A DNA stretch of 64,000 nt from an uncultured delta proteobacterium. Lineage in GTDB: Bacteria > Desulfobacterota > Binatia > Binatales > Binataceae. The position numbers and the translations under genes are program-made. The stretch's first letter is position 1; each line of letters begins with the position of its first letter. Under the pieces are notes generated by a model that made no database searches, was not told the origin of the DNA, and was given only the letters and a program-made list of their open reading frames with translations. Location: the NCBI GenBank assembly GCA_963834535.1, contig CAWICC010000006.1, forward strand, positions 51,438 to 115,437, written 5' to 3'. This document shows positions 21,243 to 30,200 of this stretch, one piece after another.

Positions 21243-21274
21243 TCGCGAACCGGACCATACGCACGACCCCTGCG

Positions 21275-21991
21275 ATGCGCACCATGCGGTCGCCCGCCGG
21301 GCGCGCATCCCTGACGCTGATCGCGCTCGCGATGAGCCTGATGATGGCTTCGGGCAGCGCACTCGCCGCAGCGAAAAACCTCCTCGACAACGGCGACTTC
21401 GCGCGTGCCGACGGTAGTCAATGCGATGGTTGGAGAACCGACGCCTGGGTGCTGACGCCCACCGCCACCGAGTTCACTTGGATTCGACCCACCGCCAGGG
21501 AGCCCGGCCAACTCGTCGTCGATACCTTCCACGATAATGACGCGCGTTGGCAGCAGACCGTATCGCTCGGTCCCGGATGGTACTACTTCAGCGTCGAGGC
21601 GCGCACCGAAAAGGTTTTGCCGTTCTTTATCGGCGCGACCATCAGCGTACTCGAGGACAGCGTCATGTCGGCCGACTTAAAGCGTACCACTAATTGGACC
21701 AAGCTCGGCTTCTATCTGCGCGTGGGACCGCAAGGCGGCGATGTTGACGTCGCGCTCAGGCTCGGCGGCTTCATGAACCTCAATCGCGGCAAGGCCTTCT
21801 TCCGCCACGCCAGTGTCGTTCGCGTCACTGGCCCGCCGCCCGGCGCGCAGCATGTCTTCGACCTCGAGCAGATTCGCAAGGACGAGGTCACTGGCCCTAT
21901 TGGCCGTACCTGGAGTCTGGTCGCGACCTTCATCCTACTCATCGTCCTCTCCGCCGTCGGCTGGTTGCTCTTCAGCGAAAACCGCGTATGA
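21275..21991 (+). CDS. Exported carbohydrate-binding-like (CBM/jelly-roll) protein with C-terminal membrane anchor
   Basis: Signal peptide, NLLDNGDF..GW, NDARWQQTV, LRLGG, C-terminal TM helix; alternative TTG start at 21239 overlaps the upstream stop. Confidence 0.65.
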   Translation: MRTMRSPAGRASLTLIALAMSLMMASGSALAAAKNLLDNGDFARADGSQCDGWRTDAWVLTPTATEFTWIRPTAREPGQLVVDTFHDNDARWQQTVSLGPGWYYFSVEARTEKVLPFFIGATISVLEDSVMSADLKRTTNWTKLGFYLRVGPQGGDVDVALRLGGFMNLNRGKAFFRHASVVRVTGPPPGAQHVFDLEQIRKDEVTGPIGRTWSLVATFILLIVLSAVGWLLFSENRV

Positions 21992-22006
21992 CGCCGGCCA
22001 CTGATA

Positions 22007-22531
22007 TCATCCGGTAGGTAGCTTGTAATGCGGCCGATGCTCTTGATGTGATTGCAGCTCAATCTGCTTGAGCAGCCGCGCCTCCTGCACACCTGTCGAT
22101 ACGCAATTCTCCGAGCTCATCGGTCGCAGCGGTATCTGCAGCGGCGACGTGAAAACCGCCTGAAGGCCTACGTAAGTGGCCTCGTCGCCGTGCGGTTTGA
22201 CCTCGAAATTATATACCGCCGATGATCCCGGATCGGGCTCCGCGCGATACTTGATCGCGATTCCGCGCACGTTCCCGCAATCCGCGTCCTTTAGACTGAA
22301 CCCTCCCACTGCCTGGGTCTCGATGATGCCGTTGTTGGGGTCCTCCGCGATCACTCGAAAGCCGTTTTGCGCGAGTACCTTGTGCACCGCCTCCCACGCC
22401 AGGTCGAACGGGATGTTGAGCGTGATCTGGGCGCTGTCCTCCGGCAGCGGCTTTGCCTGCGGCGGATAGAAGCATCCGGGGGCCGCCAGCGCAATGATGA
22501 GGAAATAGTTCCAGGACTTCATCGCCGACAA
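22007..22531 (-). CDS. Hypothetical lipoprotein (BamC/DUF3576-like fold possible)
   Basis: LAAPGC lipobox-like motif; PFDLAWEAV..L...D...GIIET pattern. Confidence 0.6.
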   Translation of the reverse strand: MSAMKSWNYFLIIALAAPGCFYPPQAKPLPEDSAQITLNIPFDLAWEAVHKVLAQNGFRVIAEDPNNGIIETQAVGGFSLKDADCGNVRGIAIKYRAEPDPGSSAVYNFEVKPHGDEATYVGLQAVFTSPLQIPLRPMSSENCVSTGVQEARLLKQIELQSHQEHRPHYKLPTG

Positions 22532-22849
22532 TCAATTATCATAACTGCACTTCGCGACTCGATCAGATCCCGATAAGCGAGCCATCTCTCTCATCGACGC
22601 CCTGTCGGTGAGCTTGACGCGATTGACCGCCAAGTATGCGCCACGGGCTTTTCGCCGGACTCATTCGATCAGCAAACCGATTCGACCACAATGGCGGCGT
22701 TACTCGACCGCTACTGCATAACGCTTGGACTTCGGTTTGGTTATCTGTCGCAACAGCCAGCGCCTTTACTTCGCCGATTCACCGGTTCAGCATTTGACCA
22801 GCGGGAGGTCTATCGTTCATTGGCGGCTGACGAATTGGCGGGAATCAAG

Positions 22850-23425
22850 ATGAGGCGTATTTGTGTGTTTTGCGGATCGAGTCCCGGCGCACGGCCCGAA
22901 TACCGGACCGCGGCGAGCAATCTGGGCAAGCTACTCGCGGCCCGCGGTATTGGCCTCATTTACGGCGGCGCCAACGTCGGCCTGATGGGCGAACTGGCGC
23001 ATTCCGTTCAGTCTGCCGGCGGCGAGGTCGTCGGTGTCATTCCGCAATCGATGGTCAAAAAGGAACTCGCCGGGCTGGCGGATTTGCGTGTGACGCAATC
23101 GATGCACGAACGAAAGGCCGTCATGGCGGACCTCGCCGACGGCTTCATCGCGATGGCCGGCGGACTCGGCACCCTCGAGGAGTTTTTTGAAGTCCTCACG
23201 TGGACTCAACTCGGCATTCACGAAAAGCCATCCGGCCTTCTCAACACCGAAGGCTATTTCGATACGCTGCTCACCTTTCTCGACCACGCCGTCGCCGAGC
23301 GGTTCGTTAAAGAGGCATACCGCTCGATGCTGATCGTCGATCAAGATCCCGCGCGCCTCCTCGATCGCTTCGAATCCTATGTAGCGCCCAAGGTCGAAAA
23401 ATGGCTCGACCGCTCGAAGCGCTAG
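22850..23425 (+). CDS. LOG family nucleotide phosphoribohydrolase (TIGR00730)
   Basis: ICVFCGSS, YGG.NVGLMG, MHERK, AGGLGTLEE, WTQLGIHEKP. Confidence 0.93.
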   Translation: MRRICVFCGSSPGARPEYRTAASNLGKLLAARGIGLIYGGANVGLMGELAHSVQSAGGEVVGVIPQSMVKKELAGLADLRVTQSMHERKAVMADLADGFIAMAGGLGTLEEFFEVLTWTQLGIHEKPSGLLNTEGYFDTLLTFLDHAVAERFVKEAYRSMLIVDQDPARLLDRFESYVAPKVEKWLDRSKR

Positions 23426-23623
23426 TCTGCGGCTCGAGCGACAATCGCTAGCCCGGGGATGTCAGCGAGTCACCAACGGTTTGGCCGGCACGCTGACCGC
23501 AGCGACAAGAACGTGCCGCCAGAGAATTGGCGAGTTGCGTTATCGATCACTTCATTCAGGATTACCGATCAAACAAGATGCGCTGAACATCGCGATCATC
23601 ATTCAAAAGAGGAGAACCGGAAA

Positions 23624-24643
23624 ATGAAGCTAGCCGAGATCGCATCGAAGCTCGGACTCGACTTGCGCGGCGACGGCGCAATCGAAATCGCGATGCCGGC
23701 GCCGATTGAGGCCGCTGGACCGGGCATGATCACCTTCGCGGTCGGCGCGAAGTATGCCGCCGCTCTCCGCGCGAGCAAGGCCGCCTGCGCAATCGTTCCG
23801 GCTGATCTGGCGGACGATGCGCCCGCCGCGACCCTGATCAGCACCAATCCGGCGTTTGACTTTGCGCGCGTGCTCGGCCTGTTCTTCCCGGCCTATCGTC
23901 CCGCGCCCGCTATCGACGCAACCGCGGTGATCGCTCCGGATGCGCGCGTCGGCGAAGGCGCCTCAGTTGGTGCATACTGCGTCATTGGCGCCGGCGTGCG
24001 GATCGGACGCAATGCCGTCATCCATCCGCATGTAACCATCTACCCGGGGGTTAACATCGGCGACGACTTCACCTGTCACAGCCAGGTCTCCATTCGCGAG
24101 GGCGTCACGATCGGTAACCGCGTGACGCTGCTCAACGGCGCCGTCATCGGCGCCGACGGTTTCGGCTTCGTCGAGCATCTCGGCGACCTGATGAAGGTGC
24201 CGCAGGTCGGCAGCGTGCTGATCGAGGACGACGTTGAGATTGGTGCGAACACCACCGTCGATCGCGCGACCATGGGCAACACGGTCATCCATAAAGGCGT
24301 GAAGCTCGATAATCTGATTCAGATTGGACACAATTGCGAACTCGGCGAGTTCTCACGGATGGCGGCGCAGTCCGGCCTGGCCGGGTCGGTGCGGATCGGC
24401 CGATGGTGCCAGTTCGGCGGCCAATCGGGATCGGCCGACCACGTGAAGGTGGGCGATCGCGCACGCGTGATCGCCCAAGCCGGCGTGCATAACGACCTTG
24501 ACGACGACGCCCTCGTGGGGGGCGCGCCGGCGATCGATCTGAGGGTCTTCCGCCGGATGGTCGCGGTCGAGCCGCGCCTGCCGGAACTCGCACGCCGCTT
24601 GCGCGCGATCGAGCAACGCCTCGGTCCTGGTAAAGGCGGCTGA
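23624..24643 (+). CDS. lpxD: UDP-3-O-acylglucosamine N-acyltransferase
   Basis: Hexapeptide repeats, IGADGFGF, KVPQVG.V.IEDDVEIGANTTVDR, KLDNLIQIGHN. Confidence 0.96.
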   Translation: MKLAEIASKLGLDLRGDGAIEIAMPAPIEAAGPGMITFAVGAKYAAALRASKAACAIVPADLADDAPAATLISTNPAFDFARVLGLFFPAYRPAPAIDATAVIAPDARVGEGASVGAYCVIGAGVRIGRNAVIHPHVTIYPGVNIGDDFTCHSQVSIREGVTIGNRVTLLNGAVIGADGFGFVEHLGDLMKVPQVGSVLIEDDVEIGANTTVDRATMGNTVIHKGVKLDNLIQIGHNCELGEFSRMAAQSGLAGSVRIGRWCQFGGQSGSADHVKVGDRARVIAQAGVHNDLDDDALVGGAPAIDLRVFRRMVAVEPRLPELARRLRAIEQRLGPGKGG

Positions 24644-24805
24644 TGAGTCGCGGCCGGCGCAGTGGCGGATTGTTTGGAGTTGGGGTTTAGCGCGGGGGTT
24701 GGTTAATGCGAGTTGGGTTTAGCGGAAGGGCGGCTTGCACAGACGCCGCCGCTTGCCCTTGAAGACGCAGGTTATTTGGGGGTCGGGTTTCGCGCGAGGG
24801 CCGGT

Positions 24806-25687
24806 TTATTTGGGGTCGGGTTTAGCAGGGTTTGGAAGTGCGGAAGTAGGAGGAGCGGAAGTTGGAGGAGCGGGGGCAGGAGGAGGGGGGTTGGGAACGG
24901 CGGCGGCGGAGAGGGCGGCGGCGGAGCGGCGCATCTGGAGGAAGGGTTCGAACATGTCGAGGGGGACGGGAAAGACGGTGGTGGAATTGTGGTCGGTGGC
25001 GATTTCGGCGAGGGTCTGGAGGTAGCGCAACTGTAGGGTGATGGGGCTTTTGCCCATGATTTCGGCGGCCTCGGCGAGGCGCTGGGCGGCCTGGAACTCG
25101 CCTTCGGCGGCGATAACTTTGGCGCGGCGCTCGCGTTCGGCTTCGGCCTGGGCGGCGATGGCGCGCTGCATATCCTGGGGCAGGTCGATGTTCTTGAGTT
25201 CGACCAGGACGACCTTGATGCCCCAGGGCTCGGTCTGGGCATCGATGACCTCCTGGATTTTGGCGTTGAGCTTGTCGCGCTGGCTGAGGAGATCGTCGAG
25301 TTCGGTCTGACCGCCGACGGAACGCAGGGTGGTCTGGGCGAGTTGCATCGTACCGTAGAGGTAGTCGCGGACCTCGGTGACAGCGCGCGACGGATCGATG
25401 ACGCGGAAGTAGAGCACGGCGCTGACCTTGACGGTGACGTTGTCGCGGGTGATGACGTCCTGGGCGGGGATGTCGAGGGTGACGGTGCGCAAATCGATGC
25501 GCATGGCGCGCTCGAGGACGGGGATGACGAAGATGACGCCGGGGCCGCGAAAGGGACTGAGGCGGCCGAGGCGGAAGACGACGGCGCGCTCGTACTCGTT
25601 GAGGATTTTGAGGCCGCTGAGCAGCACGATGACTGCGATTACGATAACGATGCCGATTCCACTGACCATTGAGATTCCTCCATTCAT
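24806..25687 (-). CDS. Slipin / SPFH (stomatin-like) protein
   Basis: EYERAVVFRLG, QDVITRDNVTV, AQTTLRSV, QAEAERERRAK, LQLRYLQTL. Confidence 0.95.
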   Translation of the reverse strand: MNGGISMVSGIGIVIVIAVIVLLSGLKILNEYERAVVFRLGRLSPFRGPGVIFVIPVLERAMRIDLRTVTLDIPAQDVITRDNVTVKVSAVLYFRVIDPSRAVTEVRDYLYGTMQLAQTTLRSVGGQTELDDLLSQRDKLNAKIQEVIDAQTEPWGIKVVLVELKNIDLPQDMQRAIAAQAEAERERRAKVIAAEGEFQAAQRLAEAAEIMGKSPITLQLRYLQTLAEIATDHNSTTVFPVPLDMFEPFLQMRRSAAALSAAAVPNPPPPAPAPPTSAPPTSALPNPAKPDPK

Positions 25688-25714
25688 AAGGCGATCGCCG
25701 ATTGCGGATCAGGA

Positions 25715-27115
25715 TTAACGGACCATCGGAGCGACCGGCGGCGGGACCTTGCCGAGGCGATCGCCTGGTACGGGCTGGACGGTGACCTGGAGTCCATTAA
25801 CGGCGGTAATGCGCGCATGGGCGCCGGCGGCGATGGACTGGTCGCTGACGGCGCGCCAGATTTCGCCGTTGACGAAGATCTGGCCGGGGGCATCGGGGGC
25901 GATGGGGCTGCGGACTTCGCCGACCTTGCCGATCATGCCCTCGCCGCCGGTCAGGACGCGGCTGCGGCGGGCGCGAATGACGATATAGCCAATGCCGAGG
26001 ACGATGGCGCTGAAGCCGATCGTGGCCCCGGCGATGACGCCGCGATTGATGCCGAGGTTGGTCTCGGAGGTATCGATGAGAAAGAGCGATCCGATAACGA
26101 AGGCGATGACGCCGCCGATACCGAGGACGCCGTAGCTGGTGACGAAGAGTTCGGCGAGCAGCATGCCCATCCCGATGACGATCAGGAGGAGGCCGGCGAG
26201 GTTGATGGGGAGGAGTTGAAAGGACGCGAGGGCGAGCAGGAGGCAGATGGCGCCGGCGACGCCGGGCAGGTAGGCGCCCGGGTGGGAGAACTCGAAGTAG
26301 AGGCCGATGACGCCGGCGATCATGAGGAGGTACATGATGTTGGGATCGGCGAGGCGATCGAGGACGCTTTGGCCGAGCGTCATGCGTGCGGAGCGGATGG
26401 CGGCGCCGGACAGTTGGAGCTTGAAGGAGCGGGCGCCGGCGACGGTGACGATGCGGCCGTTGGCTTTAGCGATGAGGTCGCCGAGGTCGTTGGCGACGAG
26501 GTCGATGACGTGGAGCTTGAGGGCGTCGTTTTCGCCGATGGAACTGCTTTTGCGGACGGCGTCCTCGATCCAGGCTTCGTTGCGGCCGCGCTGATGGGCG
26601 ATGGATTTGGCGAAAGCGGCGGTGAAGTTTTCCATTTTCTCGCCGACCTTGCCGGTCTCCTCGCCGCCATTGGCGTCGATCGGATGGGCGGCGCCGATGG
26701 TGGTACCGGGGGCCATCGCGGCGATGTTGGCGGCGGCGACGATGAAGGTGCCGGCGGAAGCGGCGGAAGCGCCGGCAGGGGCGACATAGACGATGATCGG
26801 GAGGGGTGCGTTGAGCATCGACTTGACGATGGTGCGCGCGGAGGTGAGCAATCCGCCGGGAGTATCGAGGCGAATGATGAGTGCGTTGGCACCGCCCGCC
26901 TGAGCTTTGGCGATGGAGTCATCGATGAAGTCGGCGGTGGCGGGATTGATCGAGCCGTCGATGTCGATGAGGTAGATCCAAGGCTGGTGCGGGGTGACGG
27001 TGGGCGCGGTGGCGGCGGCGCGGCCGCAGGCGACGAGCAGGAGGATCGCGGCGCAGAGGGCGAGAGCGGGCGTCCGCGGGGTCCGCAAGGGGAGAGTATT
27101 GGCGGGGCGGTTCAC
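25715..27115 (-). CDS. nfeD: NfeD membrane-bound serine protease (long form)
   Basis: LDTPGG, AASAG, MAPGTTIGAAHP, TM region, C-terminal OB fold GEIW.A; partner of slipin. Confidence 0.93.
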   Translation of the reverse strand: MNRPANTLPLRTPRTPALALCAAILLLVACGRAAATAPTVTPHQPWIYLIDIDGSINPATADFIDDSIAKAQAGGANALIIRLDTPGGLLTSARTIVKSMLNAPLPIIVYVAPAGASAASAGTFIVAAANIAAMAPGTTIGAAHPIDANGGEETGKVGEKMENFTAAFAKSIAHQRGRNEAWIEDAVRKSSSIGENDALKLHVIDLVANDLGDLIAKANGRIVTVAGARSFKLQLSGAAIRSARMTLGQSVLDRLADPNIMYLLMIAGVIGLYFEFSHPGAYLPGVAGAICLLLALASFQLLPINLAGLLLIVIGMGMLLAELFVTSYGVLGIGGVIAFVIGSLFLIDTSETNLGINRGVIAGATIGFSAIVLGIGYIVIRARRSRVLTGGEGMIGKVGEVRSPIAPDAPGQIFVNGEIWRAVSDQSIAAGAHARITAVNGLQVTVQPVPGDRLGKVPPPVAPMVR

Positions 27116-27144
27116 TTCGATCGTAGCGACTGCGGGAGCCGCGA

Positions 27145-27993
27145 TCACGCGCGCGGGGCGCGCTGCGGCAGGGGGCGGCCGAGCTCCTTCATCACGGCCT
27201 GGATATCGGACCAGACGAGGCGTTTGTCGCCAGGGTTGCGGAGCAGGTAGGCGGGATGGAACGTGGGCATCAGCTTGATGCCGCGCACCTGATGCCAGTT
27301 GCCGCGCAACTTGCTGATGGGGGTTTTGATCTTGAGGACGGCTTGGACGGCGAAGGTGCCGAGGCCGACGATGACGCGCGGACGGACGAGGTCGATTTGA
27401 CGAAAGAGGAAGGGTTCGCAAGCGGCGACCTCGTCGGCTTCCGGGTTACGGTTTTCGGGCGGGCGACACTTGATGACGTTGCAGATGAAGACGTTGGCGC
27501 GGGAGAGGCCCATACCACGCTCGATGATATCGGTGAGCAACTGGCCGGCGCGGCCGACGAAGGGCTCGCCACGGAGGTCCTCTTCGTGGCCGGGACCCTC
27601 GCCGATGAACATCAGATCGGCGTGCGGGTTACCGACGCCGAAGACGAGGTTGGTGCGCAAGGGAGCGAGCTTGCAGCGGGTGCATTCGCCGATGAACGCG
27701 CGGAGGGCGGCGAGGTCGGCGGTTTGTTGGAGGCCGGGATATTTGTCGGAGAGATTGGTTGAGGGCGGCGGCGGCGCGACCGCGAGGGCGCTCGCGGCCG
27801 GCTGCGGCGCGGCGGGGGCGCGAGTACGCGGGGCCGTCGGGGCGGGCTTGGGCGCGGCGGCGGAAGAGCCGGCGGCAGCGAGGGTGGCCGCGGCGCCGTC
27901 GAGGCCCTCGAGACCTTCCTCGCGGATTTGTTCGACGTAATCGCGGAAGGAAGCGAGCAGCGTCGCGCGGTCCGGAGGGGTGGACGGGCACAT
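27145..27993 (-). CDS. Family-4 uracil-DNA glycosylase
   Basis: CTRC, GEGPG..ED..GEPFVGRAG, KCRPP.NR.P, TFHPAYLLR. Confidence 0.94.
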   Translation of the reverse strand: MCPSTPPDRATLLASFRDYVEQIREEGLEGLDGAAATLAAAGSSAAAPKPAPTAPRTRAPAAPQPAASALAVAPPPPSTNLSDKYPGLQQTADLAALRAFIGECTRCKLAPLRTNLVFGVGNPHADLMFIGEGPGHEEDLRGEPFVGRAGQLLTDIIERGMGLSRANVFICNVIKCRPPENRNPEADEVAACEPFLFRQIDLVRPRVIVGLGTFAVQAVLKIKTPISKLRGNWHQVRGIKLMPTFHPAYLLRNPGDKRLVWSDIQAVMKELGRPLPQRAPRA

Positions 27994-28298
27994 GGCACAA
28001 TTGGCGCATATTAGGCGCCATCCCTGCAAGGGGAAAAACGGGGAGAGTTGTCGAGGAAGAGCGGGCGGCAGAGCGGAGTCCGCCGCCCGCTGAGCCGGCG
28101 TGGCCGGGCGGGGTTGTGGGGGTGGGCGGGGAGTTGGTTTAGTGGGCGCAGCGGGTCGCGTCGAGGCGTGCGCGGACTAATCGAACGGTGACGGAGCGGG
28201 CAGGATTAAGTGCCGGCAGTCACCGGCAACTGCGGGCAATACGGGCCAACGACCGTAATGCCGACAGCTACCATTAGTTATTAATAGCTACCCAAAGA

Positions 28299-28526
28299 TT
28301 ATTGGATAGGCGCGGTGTAGGTGGTGGTGCTGTGTTCGCGCTGCACGGCGCCGTCGTCGGTGCGGGTGGTCGTGGTGGTCGAGGACGAAGTCGCGACCGG
28401 CGGAGCGGGTTCGGTCACGGGGACTTCGGTCTGGACTTCCTTGTGACTGACGAAACATCCGCCGAGCACGGCGCAGACACCGGCGGTGGCGAGAGTAAGA
28501 CCAAAACGTTTGACGATATTAATCAC
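28299..28526 (-). CDS. Small Thr-rich lipoprotein
   Basis: LGGC lipobox after hydrophobic stretch; GGGAGA RBS; GTG start. Confidence 0.7.
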   Translation of the reverse strand: MINIVKRFGLTLATAGVCAVLGGCFVSHKEVQTEVPVTEPAPPVATSSSTTTTTRTDDGAVQREHSTTTYTAPIQ

Positions 28527-28567
28527 GGCTAAATTCTCCCGAGCAAACTTGCTCCTGCTAGTGAGGG

Positions 28568-28583
28568 AGCAATCGTGATGCCA
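28568..28583 (-). promoter_or_regulatory. Sigma-54 (-24/-12) promoter
   Basis: Minus strand TGGCATCACGATTGCT matches TGGCAY-N5-TTGCW with GG-N10-GC spacing, 41 nt upstream of the lipoprotein start. Confidence 0.7.
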
Positions 28584-28797
28584 GCTTGAAGAAGGGGACA
28601 GGGGCAGTAAGGAGCGTACTTTTCAGGGTGATTCGTGACTAAGGCAGGCTTCCTGGCCGGGGCGAGTTACTGAGTGTGAAATATATTCCGAGCGGAGTTC
28701 CGCGGGAGGAATTTTTCACGGTCGAAATTGGATTGCGGGCATTTCCGCGACTCACGAACGGATGAATTCGAGGCGGCGGGGGGCGGCAGGGCGACGG

Positions 28798-30030
28798 TTA
28801 ATGAGCGGCGCGCAGCGGAGCGGATTTGGATTTGGCGGCGCGCAGGGAGAGGAGGCGGTCGAGGATGACGTCGGCGACCTCGTCCTTGAGGAGCTTGGGG
28901 GTGGTTTCGACGCGGCCGTCGGCACTGAGCATGGTGACGATATTGGTATCGACGCCGAAGCCGGCGTCGGCGCGGGAGACGTCGTTGCCGACGATGAGGT
29001 CGAGTTTTTTGCGGCGGAGCTTGTCGAGAGCGTGGACTTCAAGGTCTTCGGTTTCGGCGGCAAAGCCGATGATGAGGCGGCCGGCCTTTTTGGCGGAGAG
29101 GCGGGGCAGCTCGTCGGCGATGGGCGCGAGATCGAGCATCAGGCCGCTGGAGTTTTTCTTGACCTTGTGGGGAGCGGGGTTGCGGGGGCGAAAATCGGCG
29201 ACGGCGGCGGCCATGATCAAGGCGGAGCACCAGGGGAAGTTGCGCGAGGTGGCACTGAGGAGATCGGCGGCGGTGAGGGTATCGATGCGTTCGACGCCGT
29301 GGGGCGCAGGCAGCGCGGAAGGGCCGGCGACGAGGCGCACGGCGGCCCCTCGACGCCATGCGGCGCGGGCGATGGCAAAGCCCATTTTGCCGGTCGATCG
29401 ATTGGAGACGAAGCGGACGGGGTCGATGGGTTCCTGGGTAGGACCGGCCGTAATCAGGATGCGCTCGCCGGCGAGGTCGCGGGGCGACAACATCCGTTCG
29501 ATTTCGTCGAGGATGACCGCGGGATCGATGAGGCGGCCCTTGCCCTCGTAGCCGCAGGCGAGTGCGCCCGCGCCCGGCTCGATAATGATGGCGCCGCGGG
29601 CGCGGAGCTTGGCGAGGTTCTCGGCGACGGTCGGATGATCGTACATGTGGACGTTCATCGCCGGGGCAAAAGCCAGCGGACATTGCGCGGCGAGGAGGAC
29701 GGTGGTGACGATGTCGTCGGCGATGCCGGCGGCGGCCTTGGCGAGGAGGTTGGCGGTGGCGGGCGCGATGACGATCGCGTCGGCGGAATCGGCGAGGCGG
29801 ATATGGCCGATCTCGGATTCCTGGGTGAGGCTGAAAGTGTCGGTGGCGACGGGATTGAGGCTGAGCGTCTGGAGCGTCAGGGGGGTGATGAAGTGGGCGG
29901 CGTTGCGCGTCATCATCACGCGGACGCGGGCGCCGCGCGTGACCAGCAGACGAATCAGTTCGGCAGCCTTGTAGGCGGCGATGCCACCGGAGACGCCGAC
30001 GACGATGGTTTTGTCCTTGAGCATGGACAT
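28798..30030 (-). CDS. coaBC: Phosphopantothenoylcysteine decarboxylase/ligase
   Basis: GGIAAYKA, HIRLA, APATAN, PAMN, LACG..G.GR, TAGPT.E.IDPVR..SNRSTGKMG, GFAAET. Confidence 0.97.
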   Translation of the reverse strand: MSMLKDKTIVVGVSGGIAAYKAAELIRLLVTRGARVRVMMTRNAAHFITPLTLQTLSLNPVATDTFSLTQESEIGHIRLADSADAIVIAPATANLLAKAAAGIADDIVTTVLLAAQCPLAFAPAMNVHMYDHPTVAENLAKLRARGAIIIEPGAGALACGYEGKGRLIDPAVILDEIERMLSPRDLAGERILITAGPTQEPIDPVRFVSNRSTGKMGFAIARAAWRRGAAVRLVAGPSALPAPHGVERIDTLTAADLLSATSRNFPWCSALIMAAAVADFRPRNPAPHKVKKNSSGLMLDLAPIADELPRLSAKKAGRLIIGFAAETEDLEVHALDKLRRKKLDLIVGNDVSRADAGFGVDTNIVTMLSADGRVETTPKLLKDEVADVILDRLLSLRAAKSKSAPLRAAH

Positions 30031-30129
30031 GGTGGGGAGATTGTAACCATGGAGAGGCGGGAAGGAAAATCCCCCGGCGAGGAATTGTAATCCGTTCGAG
30101 TGGGCCTCGCGGGCTTAGAGAGCGGAGAG

Positions 30130-30173
30130 CTCTTCCTCACCCTCTCCGAGGATAAGGAGAGGGGCAAGAAGAG
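30130..30173. repeat. REP-like palindromic element (CCCTCTCC...GGAGAGGG type)
   Basis: CTCTTC-CTCA-CCCTCTCC-gaggataa-GGAGAGGG-gcaa-GAAGAG hairpin between ino1 and coaBC. Confidence 0.5.
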
Positions 30174-30200
30174 GAGCGGCGAAGGAGGGCGTCGCCGGCG

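Noticed and set aside
24300-24800. oriC at the C-to-G skew switch
   Set aside because: No DnaA-box cluster, AT-rich unwinding element, or dnaA/parAB/gidA nearby; flanking genes converge on the site.
24677-24830. Telomere-like GGGTTTAG repeats
   Set aside because: Not tandem; better explained as copies of the slipin gene end in G/T-rich sequence.
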